Assembly (NCBI RefSeq): GCF_035084215.1 | Contig: NC_090356.1 | Span: 11,966,001-12,030,000 of the forward strand | DNA length: 64,000 bases | Direction: 5' to 3' | Origin: Heptranchias perlo | Taxonomy: Eukaryota | Part shown: positions 1 through 14,264 of the stretch, in pieces | Layout: each line of letters opens with the position of its first letter | Numbering within the stretch: the stretch's first letter is position 1 | The notes under the pieces: generated by a model | Databases searched by the model: none | What the model was told of the DNA's origin: nothing | What the model saw: the letters and a program-made list of their open reading frames with translations, nothing else | Program-made: the position numbers and the translations under genes

Positions 1-555
1 ACAATATAAATTTATGCTGTTTTTTTTGGTTCTAATCTTTTTCCCTGCTTTTCTCCCACTTTTTGATGGTAGAAATAAACTTTGAGGAGAAAAAAAGCAA
101 ATGTTTAAATCTGCAATAAAAATTGATTTGAAAGCTTCTTAATAACTGCTTGTGGAGGCTAGGCAAGCATCTATGGAGGCTACACAGTGCAGTGGTGAAA
201 AGTAGAGGTCAGCCTTGCAACTATATAAGTGCCGCATTCATAAAACTTGCTTTTGTTGGAAAAACTGGAATGATGCCACCCTGAAATCATTAAATAATGC
301 TGCCATTCTGCTTTGATTTTGTTTTCAAAAATACAATCTACTCTTCTAAATTCAAAGTTGCTTAATTCAAATTATTTGGTAGTTCCATTTCTTAACACCA
401 GATTCCCATTTTACTGTTATTTATATTGCTAAATTAAAATTATTGAATATTTTCATTTTTTAAATGCAAAAACAACTTTATTAATGGACTATATCCATAA
501 GCTTGAAATCTTAAATTACTGTAATTCTAGTTAAATATCAAAATAGCTCCAATAA

Positions 556-941
556 GAACTTGCATTTATATCGGACCTTTCACATCCTCAGGACTCCCAA
601 AGCGCTTCACAGCCAACAAAGTGCTTTTGAAGTATAGTCACTGTTGTAATGCAAGGGAAATGCAGCAGCCAATTTGTGCACAGCAAGGTCTCACAAACAT
701 CAATCTGAGAAATGACCAGATAATCTGTTTTGTTTTAAACTGATGTTGTTGAGGGATAAATTTTGGCCAGGACACCGGGAGAACGCCCCTGCTCTTCTTC
801 GATAGTGTCCTGGGATCGTTTATGCTCACTTGAGAGGGCAGATGGGTCTTTGGTTTAAGGTCTAATCCAAAAGACAGCGCACCCGATAGTGCAGCACTGC
901 CTCGGTACTGCACTGAAGTGACAACCTAGATTATATGCTCA
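556..941 (-). mobile_element. Deu-domain SINE (SacSINE1-like), 5'-truncated
   Basis: Reverse complement matches the body and L2-like tail of the full copy at 60867 (CTTGCTGTGCACAAATTGGCTGC core; ATAAATGCAAG tail). Confidence 0.8.
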
Positions 942-1321
942 ATGCCAGAATGTTAAATGCATGCAGTTACGACACCAAGTTCAAACTCCACATCCTTTTG
1001 ACAAGTTCCCCTGATAGAAGTTTGTCTGGGTTGTGTGGCTCTTCTACACTGTTCTACCCAGTGAATTCTATAAGTACTGTACTATATTAACTAGCTGTTA
1101 GTCCCATGTAAATAACAATTCGGTAGCAATGGGTTACTTTGTTGCAAATATAATGTATAAGATGACGGTGTGTGCTGACTCCAAAATGTGAAAGCGCTGC
1201 CTGCTCTTGTTTGTTTTTTAAAAGACATCTTAAATTTACTGGGTTAGTTGAGGATGATTTTGTCTTTGTATTTGTCGAAAAAAATGTGTTGATTAATGTA
1301 TTCTTTGTATTTTACTTATAG

Positions 1322-1449
1322 AAATTGGTGCGGAGCAAGGCCTGTGCTGATGCTGGTTTGTTAGATGAGAATTTGTTGAGGAGGTGCCTCCAGTTTTATG
1401 GCACATTAATTCAGCTGATCTTTCGCCTAGTTGATCCACGCTACCCAGA
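1322..1449 (+). CDS. UBE4B: UBE4B internal coding exon (first in window), Ufd2 core
   Basis: ttatag|AAATTG...CCCAGA|gtaagt; translates [42 protein letters not shown], recognisable as vertebrate UBE4B; phase joins next exon. Confidence 0.95.
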
Positions 1450-1699
1450 GTAAGTGTCCTGTTCCATTTGTACAGAAGATCTGCACAAATTACAATAGCT
1501 TTCCTATCTGTTAAACTTGGAATGGTCCTGTGCGGTTAGATTTTATAATGTGTTCCTGTGTACCCTCCTACCGAATAACTGAATATCGCTTTGTAATCGT
1601 GTTTTCAGTGAGAGAAGAAGTTGTGATCTGGATCACCTTATGAACCTGATCACTTAACTGGTCCCAATATTAAGTTTGTTTTTTTACCCATAACTTTTT

Positions 1700-1945
1700 C
1701 TCCCATCCTTTCCTAAGGGTGCTGACCTGTGCCGGGATATGATTCTGGGCAGTGAGCCCTGGCAAACTATTTGGGTTAAGGGGTGGGGACAGGAGAGGGA
1801 CACCTGAGCCAGCTTCTTTCCTAGCCTAACGGTAGGGGTTTCTGGATTGCAATCTGAAGCAGGAGCCCTAGCTGATTTTTTTTTTTCCCCCCCTCTTTAT
1901 CATCTCTGCTTTGCCCAGGGGGACTGAAGCTAATGATTGTAGTTG
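1700..1945 (-). mobile_element. Old SINE-like repeat, degenerate; related copies at about 5200-5660(-), 6720-6965(-), 16130-16400(+), 39200-39500(+), 44320-44420(+)
   Basis: Shared motif ...GGGAAAATCAGCCAGGGTTCC(T)GCT... seen in several copies. Confidence 0.5.
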
Positions 1946-2676
1946 TAAATGTAGTAGTAAGAAAACTTGGATTAATATAGTACCCTTTTATATCAAATCA
2001 TCTCAGGTGTGTCACACAATGAATTACTTTTGAAGTGCAATAATAGTTATGTAGGCAGACTACTTAATTTAATTACCGTAAAAGTTCCTTTCAAGGTTGT
2101 TTAACAATTTGAATATGCTGTTAATTTATTCTAGGTATTGAGAACAGGTTGCAAAACGTACTAACACTAAATCTTATTTAGAATCTATTTTTGATCTGAG
2201 CAGGTTGGTGATGTGTGAATTTGTTATCTTGTATTTCCTATACTTGCCATCCTTGTTGTCATTCTGTCAATTGCTGTTGATTTATTGGCAGATTTGTATT
2301 GAAATTGTGTTGGGTCCTAGTGGGACTCATGGCCACTAAGAATGGGTTGAGAGTGCCACCAGCTTTATTTGCAGTTGGTAACTACCAGAGGGAAGAGGCT
2401 TTCATTCCAGCAGCCTTTGCATTTGAATGCAAATTCCAGAGCTGTGTGGACCATGTCATAAATCACCTGTGCCACCTATTTTCCTGTTTCACATACTCCA
2501 AAATTGTGCCATTATGAACTGTGATTGAGTGTAGTACCCCGGGCTCAATTCATGGAGGAAGAGTGAACTTTGCTGTTTGAATTTTTCATTTTGTCATTTG
2601 TCAGCTATAAGTTCTTTTGATCTTGTACTTTTCATTAACTACAAGATTGCTGAATGTTTTCTTTTTCTCCTTGCAG

Positions 2677-2775
2677 CATGACACTGCCTCTTAATGCAGA
2701 GATTCCCAAGGTGTTTGCAGCATTGCCTGAGTTCTATTTAGAAGATGTTGCTGAATTTTTGCTGTTTATTGTACA
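2677..2775 (+). CDS. UBE4B: UBE4B coding exon
   Basis: ttgcag|CATGAC...GTACA|gtaagt; (D)[32 protein letters not shown](Q). Confidence 0.96.
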
Positions 2776-3056
2776 GTAAGTAAATGTATTTGCAACAGTA
2801 GTAACAATATGGGGTTAATTCTTTGGGATAGTTAGTCACCAATGCACTCGTCAAAACAGATTCTCTTTCCAACAAGGTTCGTCAACTTCAAGTACAAAGG
2901 ACCACCACTTCTCTTGGTGAATTGGGTTCATATGATTCTCTCTATACATGTCAAAGTCTTGCATCTAGCACACATCATTGTCAAAAATATTCTTTTTTTA
3001 CAATAGGAAGCAAGCCAGCCATTTCCTGCTTATTTTTCTGATTTTGATAGTCTGGC

Positions 3057-3059
<3 letters not shown>

Positions 3060-3096
<37 letters not shown>
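3060..3096. repeat. (CT)n microsatellite
   Basis: About 18 perfect TC units. Confidence 0.95.
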
Positions 3097-3098
<2 letters not shown>

Positions 3099-3298
3099 CC
3101 CCTGAGGAAGAAGCCAGGAATATGCATGGAAGAATGACCTTCTAATTGACCTCAGGATCTGCCTATTTATCAGTTGTGTGTAATAAATGCTGTTACAAGT
3201 GCTTTTGAGGGTTAATCCAAATGAGATATGCTAATGGAAGAAAAGTCAGTGATGAGGAAAGAACATTTCATCTTTCTAGTAGTGTTTCATATAACCCT

Positions 3299-4610
3299 GA
3301 AAAGGGAGATGGAACAAGTCCAGGGAACTATAGACCAATTAATTTAACATCTGTGGTAGGAAAGATGATAGAATCTTTACTCAAAAATGTAATAGAAAGA
3401 CATCTAGAAACAAAAACATAATAGAGTAGTCAGCATGGATTTCAGAAGGGAAAGTCATGTTTGACCAACCTTATTGAATTCCTTGAAGAAGTAACAGAAA
3501 GAGTAGACAAGGGTAATGCAGTAGCTGTAATATATTTGGATTTTCAAAAGGCCTTCGATAAGCTACCGCGTTGTAGACTCATGACTAAGGTCAGAGCGTG
3601 TGGAGTCGAGACAGATGGCAGAATGGATAGCAAGCTGGCTACAAAACAGAAAAGAATAAGGGTTAAGTGTAGCTACTCAGACTGGCAAAAGGTAGGCAGT
3701 GGTGTTCCACAGGGATTGGTGCTGGGACCAGTGTTGTTCACAGTTTACATCAACAATTTGGACTTGGGAATCACAAGTACAATTTCAAAATTTGCAGATG
3801 ACACGCAAGGAAGAATGTGATAAAATGCAAGAAGACATTAATAAACTTGCAGAATGGGCAAGTGTGAGGTGGTGTAATTTGGTAGGAAGAATAAGGAGGC
3901 CACATTTTGCTTGGATAATAAGTCTAAATGGGGTAGAGGAGCAAAGGAATCACTAAAAGTAGGGCCATAAAAAAGGCAAACCAAGCACTGGGGTTCATTT
4001 CCAGAAGGATAGAATTGAAAAGCAGAGAATTTATGTTAAACTTGTATAGAACCTTAGTTAGACTACACTTGGAGTATTGTGCACAGTTCTGGTCTCCATG
4101 TTATAAAAAGGATATGGAAGCATTGAAGGTGCAAAAAAGATTCACATAGATGATACCAGAACTGAGAGAATATACTTATCAGAAAAGACTAAATAGGCTA
4201 GGGCTCTTTTCTCTAGAAAAGAGAAGGCTGAGGGGTGACCTGATTTTGGTCTTTAAGATAATGAAAGGGTTTGATAGGGTAGACGTGGAGAAAATGTTTC
4301 CACTTGTGGGGGAGGCCAAAACTAGAGGTCATCAATATAAGATAGTTATTAATAGATCCAGTAGGGAATTCAGGAGAAACTTCTTTACCCAAACAGTGGT
4401 AAGAATGTGGAACGTGCTACCACAAGGAGTAGTTGAGGCAAATACCATAGATGTATAAGCACATGAAGGAGAAAGGAATAGAAGGGTATTCTGATCAGGG
4501 TAGATGAAGCAGGGTGGGAGAAGGCTTGTACAGAGCATAAACGCCAGCATAGACCAGTTTGGCCAAATGGCCTGTTTCTGTGCTGTCGACTCAATGTAAT
4601 TCAATGTAAT
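3299..4610 (+). mobile_element. CR1 LINE, 5'-truncated, frameshifted RT and 3' UTR
   Basis: ORF fragments NYRPINLTSVVGK, YLDFQKAFDK, GVPQG, KFADDT, LFSLEKRRLRGDL; CR1-type 3' end GGCCAAATGGCCTGTTTCTGTGCTG. Confidence 0.93.
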
Positions 4611-5939
4611 GTTTTTGCCTGTTATCTTGTTAATTGGATGATGGCAAACATTTTTCTGTGCCTTTTCCAATGCAAAAATATATATTTTTGTGGCGTAGTA
4701 ACCAGAACTGACACAGTACGTGTGACCAATTCATTGTAAAACCTTAACATAGCTTCATTTATTTTACTGTTCTGGCTATGTATCCTAATATTCTATTTGT
4801 TTTTAATTGTTTCCTCATGTTGGACATTGAATGTGACAAATTACCCAGTTCCAATTTAGTTCATCATGAATCCTGTGTTCAGGTCCCAATTGGAAACCTA
4901 TAGAGTTAGCCTGTAAAACTTCCCTCTGCAGACCTGTGGTACAATGATTTTTTTTTTCCCCCCTTTCCTGTTGGGGTCACCATGCACATACACAACCCCT
5001 CACAGACGTACCACTGTGATTCTGAGCTACAAGATGCATCAGAGCAAATTCAGGTGAAATTCTGGCAGCTTTTTTTCCTCCTCTTCATTGGAGAGTATTT
5101 GGGGTTTGAAGCCTGCATTGTGGCATGGCTGACAGAGAACTTAGCGTACGGTGATGGCGGATGATAACTTGTTTATGTAATTCACTGATGCAGTGTTGCT
5201 GTCTTGATTTTCCTCCTCTTGCCTACCTTCTCCTGAGGACACTGTGCGGAGTCTAGTTCCATTGGGGGTGGGGGGCGGCCAAGGTGGTAGAGCCTCCAGA
5301 TACCCTGCTCAAATGGACATTCTTTATATGTCAGCCTGGACATTTAGATTCAGCAGGTTTTATGATGGTTCTACCAGCCGTCATAGCTGACTCTAGCCTC
5401 ATCTACATGTACTACAGTTTAAGCAGGTGTCACTTTATATAGTAATCAAGATTTAGAACACCCACCACCCAGTATTCTTTCATGCTACTCTCTTCAAGGC
5501 CAGTCACAGACATCAAGACAATTTGTAATGCTCGCAGCCATCCTGGCTGAAACAGGCAAATTCAGTACAAAGCAGGGAATTTTCTGGAACTGCCTTAAAC
5601 TGCATGGTCTACTTCCACACAACATAGCACATGTACCCACTGAGCCATTGGGCTCTACCAGCTTTATTGGTGTAGTCTCCATGTAAATCAGCAAGTGGGT
5701 ATGAACAGCAGTGGTATAAACACCCCATTCTGTACTGCACTTTCTATATGCATGCTTTTTGCTGCAGGATGAATAGGTTAGTTTAAATTTACTCTGGCAT
5801 GTACTTGGAACAAGTTTAAAATTGAGCTTGTGTAGGCACTTAGAGTTCTATTAAGTTGCAGATTGACAGCTATTTTGACACATTGTATGTGCCAGCTTTT
5901 ACACTTGATATTTTTTCCATTCCATTTATTCTTCTACAG

Positions 5940-6175
5940 ATATTCCCCTCAGGTTTTATACGAGCCTTGTACTCAGGATGTCGTGACCTTCCTTGTTGTA
6001 TTTATCTGTAGTCAGAACTATATCCGAAATCCTTATCTGATTGCCAAGCTAGTAGAAGTCATGTTTGTGACAAATCCAGCAGTTCAGCCTCGAACACAGA
6101 AATTCTATGAAATAATGGAGAATCACCCACTGGCCACAAAACAACTGGTGCCTGCATTAATGAAATTTTACACAG
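5940..6175 (+). CDS. UBE4B: UBE4B coding exon
   Basis: ctacag|ATATTC...ACAG|gtatgc; [78 protein letters not shown] (within ORF 5863..6201). Confidence 0.97.
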
Positions 6176-7368
6176 GTATGCAGTTTTTTAATTTAGTTTG
6201 AGTAATAGAAATGAAAATGCTTTGATAATTTGGTTGATGCAATGGGGAAACTTTGGATAGATGAGCTAAGAATGGGCTTCTTTGGTAATTATCTTAGGAT
6301 CTTGTGAGTTACAAGGGAGACTACTAAGATGCTTTCATGAGGCTGTTGTCTCAGAGCTTTGTAAATTCTCAAATTGCTTTGTTTATTGGGGAAGGAGAAT
6401 CATTTGTGCTATATCAGAACATAAATATATGTTAGTCAGCATCTCACTCCAAGCGGAATAGATGAGAATTTTTCAATTTAATAACACAGGCTACAGAACC
6501 TGAGGCTTCCTGAAATTCCCTCACTTCTTTTGTGAAGAGAAATTGAGTGCCAAGGCTGAAGAATAATAACTAGCTTTGTGCATTGAAAATGAATGGAGAA
6601 CTCAGACATTGTAATAAAAGGACTGATGCTTTCACAAAGGAATTGAAAGTTTGTTTTGATTTTACATTTTTGTGCTTTTCCCCCCCCCCCACCCCCTCCT
6701 CCCTCTCCTGAAGACATGAACTCATGCTATGATCTGGTTCCTTAGGTGCTGACCACCCTCCAGTACCTTACCCAAGTGGCCATTTTTTGTGAATCCAGGT
6801 GTTGTGTTGGGGAGCTATTCAGCTGTAAGGGGAACCTGTCCCCACCCAGAATCCACACCAGCACTTTCCAGTGGGAGTCACTGGTTTGAGAGGGGAATAG
6901 AGGCCACTGGTATCATCATACTGCTGTCCTGGCTGAGGTCAGCCACCTCAGCAGAGACCAGGAATTGTATAAATAAATTTTTTAAGTCTTAATTTAGTTT
7001 GTACTTGCATTTTCAGTGTATGCTATTAAATAATACCAAAAATTGAAATTTCAGTTTGTGTATATAGTGCAGGAATTCACTCTAATTTAATATTTAGAAG
7101 GTAGCACAACATTTTGGCCATTGCATACTTGGTTTAATAAGAGATTTATTTTCTTTCCAGTTCTGTAAACTGTGCTCTTTTAACATTCCCTGACTAAGGA
7201 GGAGTGATTGTTGTTCCTTTGCCAGGGCTCTGATAATGGCATTAATGTTGTAGTGTTAATGGGGCAGGCAAGATCTTTGTTTAAGACATTAAGCCTGTTG
7301 TGTTACACAGAACTTCAGTGACTATTTTGGAAGTTGCAACAAAATGTACTGTTTAATTTATTTCTCAG

Positions 7369-7495
7369 ATGTTGAACATACTGGAGCAACCAGTGAATTC
7401 TACGACAAATTTACTATCCGCTACCACATCAGCACAATCTTTAAGAGCCTTTGGCAGAATGTGGCACATCAAGGCACCTTCATGGAAGAGTTTAA
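7369..7495 (+). CDS. UBE4B: UBE4B coding exon
   Basis: tctcag|ATGTTG...TTTAA|gtaagc; (D)[41 protein letters not shown](N). Confidence 0.97.
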
Positions 7496-7754
7496 GTAAG
7501 CTGATTCAATTTTTTGAAAAAAATGTTTTTTTGTGGGGGTTGGGAAGGGTGGGTCGGAAGGCGAGGACGAGAAGAGCTGAGGAACCATGAATTCATTGTG
7601 GCTACCAAGTGCCAAAGCGTATGGCCAAAGATTTGGGTGTTACATTCTAGAAACCTAGTTGTTAGGTTGGATTTACTTACTTTGCCAGCTTGCAACTCTT
7701 TTTTGTGGCCTGCTTTAGTGTTACAGTTACAATACATATGCTTTATAATTGCAG

Positions 7755-7899
7755 TTCTGGAAAGCAATTTGTCCGTTACATCAATATGTTAATAAATGAC
7801 ACGACATACCTGCTGGATGAAAGTCTAGATTCTCTGAAACGCATCCATGAAGTACAAGAAGAAATGAAGAACAAAGAACGCTGGGACTCATTGCCCAGG
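7755..7899 (+). CDS. UBE4B: UBE4B coding exon
   Basis: ttgcag|TTCTGG...CCCAGG|gtaagt; [48 protein letters not shown]. Confidence 0.97.
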
Positions 7900-8742
7900 G
7901 TAAGTGCATATCTTGTTTGGATGTGCGTGGTTTTGTTGTTGGGAAGGGGTAATGGTATTAATTCAACACTGATGGTCAGAGAAAGATGAGATTAAAAACT
8001 ATCCCTAATTCTGGGGTTTACGAAAGTAATGTTTTTGAAATATAGGAATAAAGCAATATTGAATTTGACTTTCTGTTGGCACGTGCGGTTATCCTTTATA
8101 GTATGTGCAGTCATGTCTTTAAAAAAAAATTATGATTTATTGAATATTTGTAGAGAACCAAAAATACTCATCTGATAAAATGTCCTAGCATGTGTGTATA
8201 AGACATATGGTTTGCTTCCTAATTAAACTTGTTTCTGTGCTCCTAATCTATAGTTATAAATAACATTCATTAACTCTCTGTGAAATGTGTTTAAGAACAA
8301 AACTGGATTTTTTTTTGCTCCTTTTAAGATTGCTATCTCATGGAGAAAAGCAGATATGCAGATCTGATGGGCCGAATGGCCTGTTTCTATTCTGTAACGT
8401 TGTTTGATTTCCCCGTTTTTTTCTTCTCCACGGTTTGTGTCAATGTTTTTTTTTTCCCTTAGCGGGTATATAGGAGTGGCTAATTGTGGCATGGCAGCTT
8501 GCTCTGTTTTTCTTTCCCTGGCTTTCCTTTAGCACCTCTGCCTAATGAACTGCTAAAGATTGGAAATTCATTCTGTGAAGAATTATGGGCAGTTATTGTG
8601 AGTGGTTTAATTGTAAAATGTGGGTATTCACCTCGGGTCTTTTGCAGTACGTGTTCTATGCTTGAAATAACACACGTTCCACTTGTATCCAGCCTACCTG
8701 CGATAGATCTCTCAAAATTATTAATGTCTTTTATTTTAAAAG

Positions 8743-8877
8743 GACCAGCAACAGAGTCGGCAATCGCAGCTGACACAGGACGAACGTGTTTCCCGCTCAT
8801 ACCTTGCTCTTGGTGCTGAAACAGTGGACATGTTCCATTACCTCACCAAACAAGTGCAAAAACCTTTCCTTAGACCT
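8743..8877 (+). CDS. UBE4B: UBE4B coding exon
   Basis: taaaag|GACCAG...AGACCT|gtgagt; [45 protein letters not shown]. Confidence 0.96.
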
Positions 8878-9014
8878 GTGAGTAAATTCTCATAATTACT
8901 TCCCCCTTTAAATTATCATTACCTGCCTAATAAACATGACAAAGGTTTTATATATTTATTATAGCTCAAATTGTGTAGTAGTTAAGTTATATTTTGCTTC
9001 AGGCAAACTACTGA

Positions 9015-9035
9015 TGTGTGTGTGTGTGTGTGTGT
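9015..9035. repeat. (TG)n microsatellite
   Basis: About 10 TG units. Confidence 0.9.
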
Positions 9036-9500
9036 AAACATTAGGCAGGTCTAAGTTGCTGGATGGTAAACCTGGATTTGGGAAGAGGATGCAGAGTTAA
9101 AGAGAAGGAATGGCTTGAGACTGTTCATGATCCCATAGTAACTGCCTTCCTAGTTGGTTGAGGATTGACAATGGAGATTGTAAAGGAGTTTACTTCATCT
9201 GTTTTCAGAAGGAAAAGTTTATGGAGGTTGGCTGATGGTGATAGGAAAGAGATTTGTACTTAGGAGGGAAGAGAGGCAGCTGCCTTAATCAGGATTAGAT
9301 TTTCTATGCAAGATGATAAATATAATCTACCTATATCACTATAGAGTGTCGTTGTCTCGCCTTCGCTCTTGTGCTCTTTCTCGTGCTTTTGGCTGAAAGT
9401 GGGAAGGTATTGTAGAAAATCTCTCAAAGTTGAAAAATAACTTGATTGGAGTTTATTGGTGACGACTTAAGTGATCAGGTTTTGAGCAGTACTTTCGTAG

Positions 9501-9743
<243 letters not shown>

Positions 9744-9766
9744 TGAATATTTTATTTTTGTCTATT

Positions 9767-10325
9767 TAGAATCAAAGAATGATTACAGCACAGAAGGAGG
9801 CCATTCGGCCCATCGAGCCCATGCTGGCTCTTTGTAAGAGCAATCCAGCTAGTCCCATTCCCCCTTTTTCCCCTTCAAATATTTATTCCTTTTGGAAAGC
9901 CATGATTGAATGTGCTTCCACCACCGTTTCAGGCAGCGCATTCCAGATCATAACTACTCGCGACATAAAGTTTTTCCTCATGTCGCCTTTGGTTCTTTTG
10001 CCAATCCCTTAAATCTGTGCCCTCTGGTTCTCGACCCTTCCGCCAATGGGAACAGTTTCTCTTTATTTATTTTATCTAAACCCTTCATGATTTTGAACAC
10101 TTCTATCAAATCTCCTCTTAACCTTCTCTGTTCAAAGAAGAACAACCCCAGCTTCTCCAGTCTATCCATGTAACCAAAGTCCCTCATCCCTGAAACCATT
10201 CTAGTAATTCATTTCTGCACCCTAAGGCCTTCGTGTCCTTTCTAAAGTGCGGTGCCCAAAATTGGGCATAATACTCCAGCTGTGGCCGAACCAGTGTTTT
10301 ACAAAGGTTCAACATAACTTCCTTG
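9767..10325 (-). mobile_element. CR1 LINE 3' fragment
   Basis: Minus-strand ORFs LVRPQLEYYAQFWAPH and EQRRLRGDLIEVFKIMKG; CR1 tail at 9767-9830. Confidence 0.9.
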
Positions 10326-11010
10326 AAATCCATTTTAATGAATAACTTCTGACATAGCACACATTGCCTGCAAGCCTCTAACTGAAATTGTATCAACTGA
10401 TCTTCTGTAGAAAGTGTTCCTCTGTGACTCACTTTTTGAGTGGTTTCATTCTGCATCATATAGTGTCACACGGAAGTGGGTCTTGTGCAATCCAAAAGGA
10501 TAATTGAATGCACATGATGCAGCATCGTGCCTGCAGCTTTCAGTGTGTAGATTTATCCCAACTCTAGCTAAAAGGATGGTGTAAAGAAGAGGTGTTTGTA
10601 TTACCTATTGTGTGTGTGTGAGAGATATAGTTCTTTTTAGAAGCATTGAAGAAAGGTATGAATCCCTGGATAGCTTTGGCTCCGAACCCAGATTGGTGTG
10701 ATGGGGAAAAGCTATGATGGAACATTTTTGACCCTTGGGATAAGTCTGCAAAGGAGTTACTATGTCCACTGTGAAGTTTATATATGTGGTTGGTCCGATT
10801 ACCAGCATTGATGAGAAAAGAGCAGTCGTTGTAAGATGAAATACACAGATTCACTTTCCAACTGATAATAAACTCTAAGACCAAACCAAAGTCTGGAAGT
10901 ATGAGACGCTCAGAGAGATTGTGTTTATGTACTTCCTGGACACCAGCCCATTTTCCAAAAGTCTGCTTCAGCAGCTAGAGCTGTTTAACATTCTTCTCTG
11001 AAATCATAGA

Positions 11011-11962
11011 ACAATACAACAACAGCTTGCATTTATATAGTGCCTTTAACGTCCCAAGGCGCTTCGCAGGAGCCTTATCAAACAAAATTTGACATCAAGC
11101 TAAAGGAGATACAAGTCAGGGAAAGCTTGGTTTAAGAGGTAGGTTTTAAGGAACACCTTGAAGGGGGAGAGAGAGGTAGAGAAGCTGCGCGGTTTAGGGA
11201 GGGAATTCCAGAGCTTAGGGCTAAGGCAGCTGAAGGCACGGCCGCCAATGGTGGAGCGATTAAAATCAGGGATGTGCAAGAGGCAAGAATTGGAGGAGCG
11301 CAGAGATCTCGGAGGGTTGTCGGGCTGGAGGAGGTTACAGAGATAGAGAGGGGCGAGGCTACGGAGGGTTTTGAAAACAAGGATGAGAATCTTAAAATCG
11401 AGGTGTTTCCGGACCAGGAGCCAATGTCGATCAGCGAGCACAGAGGTGATGGGTAAACAGGACTTGGTGCGAGTTCGGATATGGGCAGCAGAGTTTTGGA
11501 TGAGCTCAATTTTATGGAGGGTGAAAGGTGGGAGGCCGGCTAAGACAGCAGATGAGTGGATGCAGGGGTGGAGAGGGGGGGGGGGCGACTGGAGGTGGAA
11601 GCAGGTGGTCTTGGTGATGGAGCGGATATGTGGTCGGAAGCTCATCTCAGGATCAGATAGGATGCCAAGACTGTGAACAGTCTGGTTCAGCCTCAGACAG
11701 TGGCCAGGGAGAGGGATGGAGTCGGTGGCAAGGGAATGGAGTTTGTGGTGGGGACCGAAGACAGTGGCTTCGGTCTTCCCAATATTTAGTTGGAGGAAGT
11801 TTTTGCTCATCCAGTACTGGATGTCAGAAAAGCAGTGTGAGAAATCAGAGATAATGGAAGGGTCGAGGGAGTTGGTGAGATAGAGCTGGGTATCGTCAGT
11901 GTACACGTGGAACCTAATGTGTTTTCAGATGATGTCGCCGAGGGACAGCATGCAGATGAGAA
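11011..11962 (-). mobile_element. L2-clade LINE 3' fragment (RT C-terminus)
   Basis: ORF 11100..11906(-): YTDDTQLYL...WMSKNFLQLNIGKTE...IQNSAA...GGRAFS...LWNSLP; tail shared with the Deu-SINE. Confidence 0.9.
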
Positions 11963-12337
11963 ATACAGCTTAGAAACAGGCCACTTTGTGTGATTATCTT
12001 AAATTTGTATCCTCTTGTTACCAACTCATGAACAATTGGAAGTATTCTTTTGTAATTTACCTGATCATAACCCTTGATAATCTTGAAGAACTCTATAAGT
12101 TACCCCTTAACCGTCTGAGTTCCAGGTGGGGTGGGGGGGGGGGGGGTGGGGGAAGGTCCCAATTTTTCAAGTCTCTTTAGTGTAACATATCATCCCTGGT
12201 AACATCCGAATGAATCTAATGCTTTTATGGTGTGAACTGTACTTGCTACTCCAAATGCAGCCTTAATAAGGTCTTGTATAAGTTCAATATTTTGCCTTGC
12301 TTTTGTATTCCATACCTGTTGATACAAAAGCAAGGAT

Positions 12338-12418
12338 GTCAGCCTTGGCTTAGTGGCAGCACTCTTGCCTGAGTCAGAAGATTGTGAGTTCAAGCCCTGC
12401 TCCAGAGATTTGAGCACA
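12338..12418 (+). mobile_element. tRNA-derived SINE head fragment
   Basis: TGTCAGCCTTGGCTTAGTGG...GTTCAAGCCC matches the head of the copy at 60867. Confidence 0.75.
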
Positions 12419-14045
12419 TACCTTCTTTGTTTCCTCCTTTCCTTTTCTCCCTCCTTTTTCTTCCTTTCTCCTTCTTTCTTTCCTTCTGAGCTGGAATTGA
12501 ATACAGAAATCAAAACCATTGAGTTGATCACATATAATTGTGCAGAAATGTGACCCACCCCCCATTTGCAAAAAATATGAGGTCAACTCACTCCTTTCCT
12601 CATCTTACTTCCTCCCTCTGTCCCATCCTCCTTGGTAAAAATCCACTGAGCAATGAGCTGCTTTTTCCAGACCTCCAGGCCTGGGAAATTTAAAGAGCTG
12701 CAGTCAAATTTGGCTATGTGCACAAGCTGCAAAGGCAGAACTGGCAGGGGCTTCACTGACCAGATCTCGAGAGCAGTGATTCACATTTGGCCACAGGCTG
12801 TGTCTTGGACACCTCCAACCTTTGTGGTATCTTATTCATTGACGAAGGTTGGGAAGTGTGACTATATGCAGTTCCAAAGATCAATTGGCAGACTGTCATG
12901 ATAGTTTGGAAGTGTATTATGGCTACCTATAGAGAGACCCTTTGCTATTGCAACTCACATCATTATTTCAGATGGATGGTAACTAAGGGTCTGGTTACAT
13001 AACAAGATCAGGAGGGAAGGGAGAGGTGAAAGACTTCATTGGTGTCGGGGTACAGTCCCTACTGCTGACAGCCGATGCGACCGTGCGTATAATGGCCATC
13101 GCAGGCCAAACCAAGTTGCTCTCACTGGAGATATTTATCTCGATCAATTGCCCGGGAGAATCTCTGAACGTGGTGAGAAGACACAGTTTAAACAATGAGT
13201 TTTGGCACGAGCCGGGAGGGAGATTCTCTGGCTCCGGCGCTAACTCCAGGCAACCCAGGAAGGTTATTGACAGCTAGAAAATCGCTCAGAGACAGAGAAA
13301 ACCCACCGGCTCCCAGCAACCTCCTGGCCACATGAATCTGCAGTGCTGACATCAGTCATTGGCTTACTTTCTGATAAAACACTGGCCTGCAGCTGTTTCT
13401 GCCCAAAATAAATGGAGCACTAAAGGCATTAGAATTGGCAACTTTGAAATTGACAATGCAAATAGATAATGGTTTTCACTTTTTGGCCGATATAAGTGAC
13501 TGCCCGTTTTCAATGTGGATGTTTTAAGTGGTGGGGACTGTACCATAGGATACAGGAGGTAAGCTCACTAACCAAACGGCTAGAGGTGAATTTGGCATTT
13601 TGGGTATACACGGAATGAGTTCTTTTAAACACCCCCCCCCCCCCCCCCCACAATCTCCCTTTCTTGCCCATCTTCACCCCCAATTCACCCTGTCTCTGTG
13701 TGCACCATAGGCCACTTCCCAGAGGATGGATGGGCACCCAACTCTCAAGTACTCTGTTATTGCTTAGATAACCACTAGAAAGTGTGTAAGAGCAACCTGG
13801 AATTACTTGTCCTTCAGCTTTCTTTTTACCTGTCCTATGCTCACCCTGACAACACCTGCTGTGTTTAAATTCATGAGTGTAAACTTATATTCTACCACCC
13901 TATTGGCCACCATTTTGCCCTGTAATAGAAATGGCTCATGTTTAGGAATGCTTATTTCTAAATCCATGTTTTGATACTCCAAACTAGTGTGTAAGTGTTT
14001 TGTGTAGTAACTTGCCAGATAATAAACTTGGTAGTCATGCTCTAA

Positions 14046-14264
<219 letters not shown>

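Noticed and set aside
11100-11906. 268-aa ORF, the longest in the ORF track
   Set aside because: Decayed L2 LINE reverse-transcriptase C-terminus (YTDD for YADD, internal deletion), not a host gene.
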